From Propionibacterium freudenreichii subsp. freudenreichii (GTDB lineage Bacteria; Actinomycetota; Actinomycetes; Propionibacteriales; Propionibacteriaceae), in contig NZ_CP010341.1 in the NCBI RefSeq assembly GCF_000940845.1, positions 1,800,001-1,832,000 of the forward strand: a stretch of DNA of 32,000 bases, read 5' to 3'. The notes under the pieces were generated by a model, which saw nothing but the letters and a program-made list of their open reading frames with translations, ran no database searches and was not told the origin of the DNA. Every line of letters starts with the position of its first letter. Position 1 is the first letter of the stretch. Position numbers and translations under genes: made by a program. Shown here one piece after another: positions 25,577-32,000 of the stretch.

Positions 25577-26095
25577 TCAGGCGTCGAAGTCGATGACATG
25601 TCCGGCGACGATGTCGCCGGGGCGGTAGGCGCGGAACCTGGTGAGCACCACGGCGGTGTCGCCGTCGAGCATGATCGGTGGCTCGCCGAGCAGGTCGAGG
25701 AAGACCCGGCTGGTCCACAGGGCCAGGTGGGCGTCGCGCCACTGCTCGATCGTGGGGAATCCCTCGGTTTCGGCGTGCGCCACGTCGACCTGCGCGAAGG
25801 GCAATACCTGCACCCGCGCAATGCGCATGATTGCGACGGGCGCCTCGTCGGAGTCGACCACCAGCTCGTAGCCGCCGCGCTCTGCCAGCGGATCGCGTCC
25901 CTCGCGTTCGAACTCGGCCAGCAGGCTGCTGGTGCCGGTCTTGGTGCCGGCCATCAGCGCGGTGAGCAGGATGTCACGCAGCTCTCCGGGCAGGCCGAAT
26001 TCGGCCCTTGGCAGCTCGCGCCACGCGAAGGGCGGCTTGTCCTGGGCAACCGGGGCAGCATCCTCGCCGGTCGGGGCGCGATGGGGAAGATCCAT
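25577..26095 (-). CDS. ASCH domain-containing protein (172 aa)
   Basis: Start at ATG 26095 (MDLPHRAP...). AEFGLPGELRDILLTALMAGTKTGTSSLL...VVLTRFRAYRPGDIVAGHVIDFDA. Paralogous to the C-terminal domain of the upstream ORF. Confidence 0.75.
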   Translation of the reverse strand: MDLPHRAPTGEDAAPVAQDKPPFAWRELPRAEFGLPGELRDILLTALMAGTKTGTSSLLAEFEREGRDPLAERGGYELVVDSDEAPVAIMRIARVQVLPFAQVDVAHAETEGFPTIEQWRDAHLALWTSRVFLDLLGEPPIMLDGDTAVVLTRFRAYRPGDIVAGHVIDFDA

Positions 26096-26132
26096 GGGAT
26101 TCCTTTCGATGGACGAAGGCGTCGGCGAGCCC

Positions 26133-28817
26133 TCAGGCCCCGGGGACGTCGGAGAAGTCGACCACATGCCCGGCCACGACGTCGCCGGGGCGGTAGGTGC
26201 GGAATCCGAGCAGCACGATGGGGGTGTCATCGCCCAGCTCCAGGGTGGGCTCACCGAGCTTGGCGCGGAAGTCGTCGCTGTTCCAGAACTCCTCGTGTGC
26301 AGTGCGCCACTGGGCGGCGGTGGTGAAGCCGCGCCCATCGCGTGCCGCATGGGCCTGGTCGACGTCGGCGAGCGGCACGGTCGCCACGCTGTTGATGCGG
26401 ATCAGGGCGACGGGCTGGTTGAGCGAGTCGACGACCACCTCATAGTTGCCGAGCTCGTCGCCCGGGTCGAGGTCATGGCGCCGGTAGCCGTCGAGCGGCT
26501 CCGACGTGGCGGTCTTGGTGCCGTCGAGGACGGCGGCCACCAGGGCATCGCGCTGGTCTCCGGGGAACCCGAATTCCGCAGTCCGCAGGGTGCGCCATTC
26601 GAAGCGCGGCTTGTCGGTGGCGACGTGCGACATCACGCGCATCCCGTCGGTGGCGGGCCCGTGGTCATGGCCCGGCGCGCCGTGGGCTCGATCGCCGGGT
26701 CCGTGGTCGTGGGCGGGGCGTGTGCCCTTCCGGCGGCCGTCGGCCGGCAGGCTTGCCCGCACGACGCGTCGCCACAGGGGGTCGCGCAGGCGGGTGAAGT
26801 CGGTCACCGGGTCGAAGCAGGTCTCGTCGCGGCAGATGTAGGCGGTGGGGGCGCCGTCGATGTCGTGACGCTGCGCGAAGAGTTCCCCGAAGCCGGGCGC
26901 GTCGGGAGTGCCGAGGGCCGCGACGGTGCCCTCGGGCGCCAACCGCCACACCGCGCGGGCCAGCAGGCCCATGGGCCGCGACTCGGGGTCGACGATCGCC
27001 ACCTGGGCGCGTCCCATGCCGGCGGTCGCCTGCGCGTCGATGGCCAATTGCGTCAGCCCCCAGCCCGACGCCAGGGGCGTCTGCTCGAGCACCTGCCACA
27101 GGCCGGGTTCGGCACGGCGGGCGCGGTCGGCCCAGTCCCGATTGCCGGTGAGGCCGGCCACCACCTGCAGGGCGGTGACCATGATGCTCGTGGCCGAGGG
27201 ACCGCCCTCGTCGGCCAGTTGCCGGGCCCGGGTGAACAGTGCCTCGTCGTGTTGGGCGTCGAAGAATCCGCCGTCGTCGGCGCCGAACAGCTCGACGCCA
27301 CGGCCGAGCACGGTCACGGCACGGTCCAGCAGCTCGGTGTCACCGGTGGCACCGGCAAGGCGAGCGGCACCCAGCGCGAAGCCGGCGTAGTCCTCCAGCA
27401 CAGCGGGTGCGGGACCCGCCACGCCGGCCAGGGAGCTGCGCGCCGCGTGGTCGGTGTCGAAGTGGTGCACGCTCCACAGGTAGTCGAGCACGGAGCGTGC
27501 CATGGTGAGCCACTCGGGTTCACCGAAGACCATCGCCGCCGAGGTGAGCGAGTCGGCCAGCAGCCCGTTCCAGCCGGCCACCACCTTGTCGTCGCGGGCG
27601 GGGGCGGGACGCTCGGCGCGCACCTCGCGCAGCTCGCCAAGGATCCGCTTGAGCCGGTCGGGGTCCGGGTCGCCGTGCAGGCGCAGCGTCGAGCTGTGGT
27701 CAGGCATCGTGCCCTTGGGCGTCAGGTGGAAGACCGCCTGGGCGAACAGTGCGTCCCGCCGGTTGAACACGGCCTCCACCTGGTGGGGCGTCCACAGGTA
27801 GAAGGCCCCCTCGACCCGCTGGCCGTCGGCGTCCAGGGAATCGGCGTCCTGGCCGGAGGCGAAGGCCGTGCCGGCATCGGTGGTGATCGCCATCTCGCGC
27901 GAGAGCCATCCGACGATGCCGCGGATCGCCAGTTCGAAGTGTTCGCGCAGGTCGCCGGTCTCGGGCCCGGTACGTCGCCAGGCCCGGGTGAGCGTGCCCA
28001 GCAGCAGGGCGTTGTCGTCGAGCATCTTCTCGAAGTGCGGGACGGCCCATGCCGCGTCGACCGCATAGCGGTGGAAGCCGCCACCGACGATGTCGTGGAT
28101 GCCGCCGCGCACGATGTGCTCCAGGCTCAGCTGCACGGCCCCGATCTGGTGCGGTTCACCGGTGACCATGAGGGCATCCAGGCTGGCCGGCTGCGGGAAC
28201 TTGGGGGCGGTGCCGAAGCCGCCGTTGTCGGGGTCGACGAGCGCCAGCGCGCCGGCCAGCAGTTCATCGGCGGCCGGGGGCTCGCCGGTCTGGTCCCCCG
28301 CCGGGTCGGCGACGGACGCCTGGTCGGCGAGTTGGGAGGCGATATGGGCACCGGATTCGACGACCTCGTCGCGCCGTTCGGCCCATGCCCGGGCAAGCGT
28401 CTGGCAGACCTGCAGGAAGCTTGGTTGGCCGTCGCGGGCCTGCGAAGGGAAATAGGTGCCGGCGAAGAAGGGCTCTCCATCGGGCGTGCAGAACACCGTC
28501 ATCGGCCAGCCGCCCTGGCCGGTCAATGCCTGGGTGGCGTTCATGAACACCTGGTCGACGTCGGGACGCTCCTCGCGGTCGACCGCGATCGCCACGAAAT
28601 TGTCGTTGACGAACTGGGCCACCTGCGGATCACGGAAGCTCTCCTGGGCCATCACATGGCACCAGTGGCAGGAGGCGTATCCGACGGACAGCAGCACGGG
28701 CAGTTGTCGACGGCGGGCCTCTGCGAGCGCCCGGGGCCCCCAGGGCCACCAGTCGATCAGATCATCGGCATGCCCTCGGAGATAGGGCGAGCTCTCAGCG
28801 ACGAGACGGTTGGCCAT
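26133..28817 (-). CDS. thioredoxin-domain protein (DUF255/YyaL, six-hairpin glycosidase-like middle) fused to a C-terminal ASCH domain, 894 aa
   Basis: N-terminus SPYLRGHADDLIDWWPWGPRALAEARRRQLPVLLSVGYASCHWCHVM...GGWPMTVFCTPDGEPFFAGTYFP. His/Gly/Pro linker HDHGPGDRAHGAPGHDHGP. ASCH-like tail AEFGFPGDQRDALVAAVLDGTKTATSEPL...RTYRPGDVVAGHVVDFSD in the same frame with no stop. Confidence 0.85.
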   Translation of the reverse strand: MANRLVAESSPYLRGHADDLIDWWPWGPRALAEARRRQLPVLLSVGYASCHWCHVMAQESFRDPQVAQFVNDNFVAIAVDREERPDVDQVFMNATQALTGQGGWPMTVFCTPDGEPFFAGTYFPSQARDGQPSFLQVCQTLARAWAERRDEVVESGAHIASQLADQASVADPAGDQTGEPPAADELLAGALALVDPDNGGFGTAPKFPQPASLDALMVTGEPHQIGAVQLSLEHIVRGGIHDIVGGGFHRYAVDAAWAVPHFEKMLDDNALLLGTLTRAWRRTGPETGDLREHFELAIRGIVGWLSREMAITTDAGTAFASGQDADSLDADGQRVEGAFYLWTPHQVEAVFNRRDALFAQAVFHLTPKGTMPDHSSTLRLHGDPDPDRLKRILGELREVRAERPAPARDDKVVAGWNGLLADSLTSAAMVFGEPEWLTMARSVLDYLWSVHHFDTDHAARSSLAGVAGPAPAVLEDYAGFALGAARLAGATGDTELLDRAVTVLGRGVELFGADDGGFFDAQHDEALFTRARQLADEGGPSATSIMVTALQVVAGLTGNRDWADRARRAEPGLWQVLEQTPLASGWGLTQLAIDAQATAGMGRAQVAIVDPESRPMGLLARAVWRLAPEGTVAALGTPDAPGFGELFAQRHDIDGAPTAYICRDETCFDPVTDFTRLRDPLWRRVVRASLPADGRRKGTRPAHDHGPGDRAHGAPGHDHGPATDGMRVMSHVATDKPRFEWRTLRTAEFGFPGDQRDALVAAVLDGTKTATSEPLDGYRRHDLDPGDELGNYEVVVDSLNQPVALIRINSVATVPLADVDQAHAARDGRGFTTAAQWRTAHEEFWNSDDFRAKLGEPTLELGDDTPIVLLGFRTYRPGDVVAGHVVDFSDVPGA

Positions 28818-28840
28818 ACGCCAATCCTATTGGCGGTCTG

Positions 28841-28877
28841 GATGATGGGGCACCAATCCCCCCGGCGCCCCATCATC
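28841..28877. terminator. stem-loop downstream of mca (gatgatggggc / gccccatcatc arms)
   Basis: Perfect 11-bp arms at 28841-28851 and 28867-28877 with a 15-nt loop. Lies between the mca stop and the YyaL start. Confidence 0.4.
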
Positions 28878-28888
28878 GGTCAGTCCAC

Positions 28889-28938
28889 TTCCGCAGGACG
28901 TCGGATGATCCACTCCCGCAGGGAGTCAGATGATCCAC
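28889..28938. repeat. 2 x 25-bp tandem direct repeat spanning the mca stop codon
   Basis: 28889-28913 ttccgcaggacgtcggatgatccac and 28914-28938 tcccgcagggagtcagatgatccac (21/25 identical). A partial third copy gtccac lies at 28883-28888. Confidence 0.8.
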
Positions 28939-29852
28939 GTATCGGACGGGTCCGGTGCCTTGGTGCCGGGGCGCAACCCGTCGAACAGGTCGTTCTCAGG
29001 CACGAAGGTGGGCACGCGGCTGTAGACCAGCTGGAAGTCCTCGGTGGGCCAGACCTTGCGCTGGATGTCCAGCGGCACGGCGAACCAGAAGCCGTGCGGG
29101 TCGATCTGGGACTCGTGGGCACGCAGGGCGTCGTCGCGCCGGGCGAAGAAGTCCCCACAGGGCACCCGCGTGGTGATGCGCTGCTCGTAGTCGCGGTTCT
29201 CCCACTCGGCGAGGCGCTCCGAATAGGGGGAATCCATTCCCCGTTCGTGCATTGCGGCGTCGAGGGCCGCATAGCGCAACCGGTGGAAGCTCATCTGGTA
29301 GTACAGCTTGCTCACCTGCCAGGGCTCGCCGTACTCGGGCAGCACCTCGGGATCGGCCGCCTGGCGGAACGCCGCCACCGACACGCGGTGGCACTGGATG
29401 TGGTCGGGGTGGGGATAGCCGCCGTTCTCGTCATAGGTGGTCATCACCTGCGGCTTGAATTCGCGGATGATCTTCACCAACGGCGCGGCTGCCACCTCCG
29501 GGTCGAGCGTGGCGAAGGAGCCCGGCGGCAGCGGGTCGGGCGGGTCGCCCTCGGGCAACCCCGAGTCGATGTATCCCAGGCTGCGCTGCTCCACACCGAG
29601 GATCTCGCGGGCGTGCGCCATCTCCGAACGCCTGATCTCGGGCATGTGGTCCCACACCTCGGGGCGGTCCATCGCCGGGTTGAGCACACTGCCGCGCTCG
29701 CCACCAGTACATGTGGCCACCATCACCCGCACGCCCTCATGGACGTACTTCAGGGTGGTGGCCGCGCCCTTGCTCGACTCGTCGTCGGGATGGGCATGCA
29801 CATGGAGAAGTCGCAGACCCGCGTTGGACGGGTCGCTGGTGGGCACTGACAT
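28926..29852 (-). CDS. mca: PIG-L family deacetylase, mycothiol S-conjugate amidase (Mca)-like, 308 aa
   Basis: LRLLHVHAHPDDESSKGAATTLKYVHEGVRVMVATCTGGERGSVLNP...GGYPHPDHIQCH. Start at ATG 29852 (MSVPTSDP); ATG 29867 is an alternative. Confidence 0.85.
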   Translation of the reverse strand: MSVPTSDPSNAGLRLLHVHAHPDDESSKGAATTLKYVHEGVRVMVATCTGGERGSVLNPAMDRPEVWDHMPEIRRSEMAHAREILGVEQRSLGYIDSGLPEGDPPDPLPPGSFATLDPEVAAAPLVKIIREFKPQVMTTYDENGGYPHPDHIQCHRVSVAAFRQAADPEVLPEYGEPWQVSKLYYQMSFHRLRYAALDAAMHERGMDSPYSERLAEWENRDYEQRITTRVPCGDFFARRDDALRAHESQIDPHGFWFAVPLDIQRKVWPTEDFQLVYSRVPTFVPENDLFDGLRPGTKAPDPSDTWII

Positions 29853-29946
29853 GCCCCTAGTCTGCACAGCCCCTCAACACCGGCAGCACCCACCTCGCCA
29901 CGCGACGGCGTCAGCCATGGCCGCCCCGCCTCGATAGGATGGAGCA

Positions 29947-30450
29947 ATGAGTGACAAGCAGACGATCTGGATGACGCAGGATGCGTATACCAAGCTCCAG
30001 GAGGAGCTTGACTACCTCAAGGGCGAGGGACGCAGTCTGATCGCCAAGAAGATCGGGGCCGCCAAGGCTGAGGGCGATCTGTCCGAGAACGGCGGCTACC
30101 ACGCGGCCCGCGAGGAACAGGGCCAGCAGGAACTGCGGATCCGCCAGCTCGAACAGATGCTGCAGCATGCCGAGGTCGGCGAGCCACAGGGCGCTCCCGA
30201 CGAGGTGACCGCCGGCAGCACCGTGACCGTCGCCTACGACGGCGACCCCGATGACACCGACGTCTTCCTGCTCGGCAGCCGCGAGATGATGGGCGTGGAC
30301 AAGTCGGTGGACACCCAGGTGTTCAGCCCGCAGTCGCCCCTCGGCGCGGCCGTGCTGGGCAGGAGCGCCGGCGACACCGTCGAATACCAGGCACCGAACG
30401 GCCGCGAGGTGTCGGTGAAGATCATGAAGGTCGAATCGTTCGCAAAGTGA
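29947..30450 (+). CDS. greA: transcription elongation factor GreA (167 aa)
   Basis: WMTQDAYTKLQEELDYLKGEGRSLIAKKIGAAKAEGDLSENGGYHAAREEQGQQELRIRQLEQML. SD ggatggag before the ATG. Confidence 0.95.
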   Translation: MSDKQTIWMTQDAYTKLQEELDYLKGEGRSLIAKKIGAAKAEGDLSENGGYHAAREEQGQQELRIRQLEQMLQHAEVGEPQGAPDEVTAGSTVTVAYDGDPDDTDVFLLGSREMMGVDKSVDTQVFSPQSPLGAAVLGRSAGDTVEYQAPNGREVSVKIMKVESFAK

Positions 30451-30536
30451 TCTGACCTCCGTGGCCCGGTGCTTGCCATAGGCTCACACCGACACGGTTA
30501 TTTCACGCTTCAATCATCCGAACAAGGAGTTTTGTC

Positions 30537-30971
30537 ATGGGAATTGCCCACTTTGCAGCGCGTTCGCTGTTCGCCACCGTCTTCGTGCGTCGCGGCTGTG
30601 CCGTGTTCCAGAATGCCGATCAGATGGCCGGCGTCACGGACGACCTGCTCGACAAGGTGCCCGCGCCGGTGCGCGACATCCTGCCCGATGTGTCCGCAGT
30701 GACCCTCACCAAGCTGCAGGGCGGCACGATGACCGCCGCCGGCGTCGCACTGGCCCTGGGCATCGCTCCCCGGCTGGCATCCCTGGTGCTGGCCGCGCAG
30801 ATGGTGCCCACCACCTACATGGGCCACCCCTTCTGGAAGTACGAGGGCGGCGACAAGGTGAACCAGCAGATCCACTTCGAGAAGAACCTCTCGCTCACCG
30901 GCGGACTGCTCGTCACCGCGCTGGGTGGCGCGAAGAAGGCCAAGAAGGCGAAGAAGGCCAAGAAGGCCTGA
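30537..30971 (+). CDS. DoxX-family membrane protein with C-terminal (KKA)n tail, 144 aa
   Basis: aaggag SD 9 nt upstream. Hydrophobic segments with HPFW...HFEKNLSLTGGLL typical of DoxX. Tail GGAKKAKKAKKAKKA. Confidence 0.75.
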   Translation: MGIAHFAARSLFATVFVRRGCAVFQNADQMAGVTDDLLDKVPAPVRDILPDVSAVTLTKLQGGTMTAAGVALALGIAPRLASLVLAAQMVPTTYMGHPFWKYEGGDKVNQQIHFEKNLSLTGGLLVTALGGAKKAKKAKKAKKA

Positions 30972-30993
30972 GCCCTCGCTGAACCACGCGATC

Positions 30994-31041
30994 GATGATG
31001 AGGGGCCCCGGACACCATGGTGTCCGGGGCCCCTCATCATC
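30994..31041. terminator. 48-bp perfect palindrome, bidirectional terminator candidate
   Basis: gatgatgaggggccccggacacc-at-ggtgtccggggcccctcatcatc with 23-nt arms. Lies between the convergent DoxX gene (stop 30971) and the minus-strand gene (stop 31087). No U-tract. Confidence 0.6.
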
Positions 31042-31086
31042 CTGTCACGTCATCATCTGCCACGCGCCACATCGGGATCCAGTGGC

Positions 31087-32000
31087 TCAGTCCTTCCAGA
31101 CCTCCCACCACTGCTTCCCCGCGCCGGAGTCCCGGGTGGCCCCCGCGTCGGGGCTGGTTGCCGAACCATCGTCGCGGCGCACCGAGATGCGTCCGACGAA
31201 GGCATTGAGGTCGAGGCGCCCCGCGCCATTGCCGGCCACGAATTCGTCGAGCCCGGCACCGTCGTCGGGCCAGCTCACGCCACCCAGGCGCGCCGAGGCG
31301 GTGATGGTCACATTGGCGGTGGGGGTGAGGGCCACGTTCAGGTTCCCGGTCTCCACCTTCACCCTGCTGCGGCCGCCGCGGAAATCGCCATGGATGCTGG
31401 CACCGCCGGCCTGCACGAGCATGTCGGACACGCGCGTGACATCGCGCAGCTCGGTGAGCCCGCCGGTCACCCGCACGGTGTCGAGATAGGGCACGCCGGC
31501 GGTGTTGAGGCTGCCTCCGGTGAGTTCGACGCTGACCTCGATCTGGGTGTTCACCCGCACGATGAGCGGCTCCCCCAGCCCGATCCGACGCAGGTCCTCA
31601 CGGCTGCGCGGGATCCTGCCGAGCCCGAACCCCCTGGACGACGACTTCGGCTCGTCCTCGCTGATCACTTCGAGCAGGTCGCCGCGACGGCGCAGCGAGT
31701 GGGGCCCCTCGACGGCCACGGTGGCGATGGTCTGGTCGCCGAGCACCCGCACGCGGCGTCCGGTGACCCGCACCTGCACGGCCGTGACGCCGTGGCTGCC
31801 CGACGGCTCACGTGGCCCCTGCGCCGGCTCGCTGCGGTTGCCCGCCTGTTCGGCGTGGGCCTCCTGGTGCGAGCCGGCGTCGGGCGTCCCATCGACGGCT
31901 TCGGTGTGGTCGTAGGCGGCCTCCTCCGGAGGCTGGCTCGGCGACGGGGCCGGTGCCAGGGCCTTGATGCGGCGGGCCGCCTCAGCGGTGCCGATGGCGC
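31087..32000 (-). CDS. hypothetical beta-strand-rich protein, 5'-partial (runs off the window)
   Basis: The track ORF 31087..31779 starts at an internal GTG. I checked every codon of this frame from 31780 to 32000 and found no stop. The upstream part is a Pro/Ala/Glu-rich linker. The C-terminal region has repeated G-x-hydrophobic beta-like segments (DUF4097/LiaF-like guess only). Confidence 0.5.
   Translation of the reverse strand, partial: AIGTAEAARRIKALAPAPSPSQPPEEAAYDHTEAVDGTPDAGSHQEAHAEQAGNRSEPAQGPREPSGSHGVTAVQVRVTGRRVRVLGDQTIATVAVEGPHSLRRRGDLLEVISEDEPKSSSRGFGLGRIPRSREDLRRIGLGEPLIVRVNTQIEVSVELTGGSLNTAGVPYLDTVRVTGGLTELRDVTRVSDMLVQAGGASIHGDFRGGRSRVKVETGNLNVALTPTANVTITASARLGGVSWPDDGAGLDEFVAGNGAGRLDLNAFVGRISVRRDDGSATSPDAGATRDSGAGKQWWEVWKD

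Noticed and set aside
25932-29849. 1305-aa ORF on the plus strand
   Set aside because: It lies antisense to three well-supported minus-strand genes (ASCH, YyaL-ASCH, mca). The translation is low-complexity and Gly/Arg/Ala/Val-rich, typical of shadow ORFs in high-GC DNA.
30928-30968. 9-nt periodic repeat (aagaaggcc/aagaaggcg) at the DoxX 3' end
   Set aside because: It simply encodes the Lys-Lys-Ala tail (KKAKKAKKAKKA) and is a coding low-complexity repeat rather than an independent element. It is noted in the feature evidence only.
1-32000. Search for tRNA, rRNA, tmRNA or a recombinase gene that could explain island integration
   Set aside because: I saw no cloverleaf-like or rRNA-like sequence by eye. 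No ORF carries tyrosine-recombinase (R..HxxR..Y) or serine-recombinase signatures. The only mobility genes are IS transposases. Absence by eye is not proof, and tRNAscan/Infernal should confirm.

Overview
High-G+C actinobacterial chromosome segment. The right half (17.1-32 kb) is a conserved housekeeping block on both strands: ychF, M18 aminopeptidase, rmuC, ispH, xseA/xseB, hemolysin-III/PAQR protein, uppS-like isoprenyl transferase, ASCH protein, YyaL(DUF255)-ASCH fusion, Mca-like PIG-L deacetylase, greA, DoxX, and a partial beta-rich protein. The left half (about 1.55-17.1 kb) is an accessory island of lower G+C (hand counts: 29/60 GC at 16601-16660 versus 42/60 at 20041-20100). All island genes are co-oriented with ychF. 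The island holds a type III R-M system whose mod gene is split by an ISL3 element with a perfect 8-bp target duplication. It also holds a nest of insertion sequences (IS30 inside IS3, abutting an ISL3 remnant), a 648/667-aa orphan protein with a C-terminal HEPN-like RNxxxH motif, and several small unknown genes. The main observation is that the last 60 nt of ychF occur three times in direct orientation (17181-17122, 16260-16201, 15269-15210). Each copy is an ATG-initiated 19-codon ORF whose TGA overlaps the start codon of the next gene (292-aa ORF, 312-aa ORF, mod). This forms a chain of stop/start overlaps from ychF into the island. A fourth copy at 2851-2813 encodes what I recall as the canonical YchF end (...VEFRFNV*). 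A possible fifth trace lies at 1550-1572. This resembles serial, cassette-like accretion at the ychF 3' end, with no integrase visible. The first cassette gene (292 aa) looks like an HslV/proteasome-beta-type Ntn hydrolase, and its 312-aa neighbour has no recognisable family. Together they are the best candidate here for an undescribed, possibly defence-related system. No rRNA, tRNA or CRISPR array was found.
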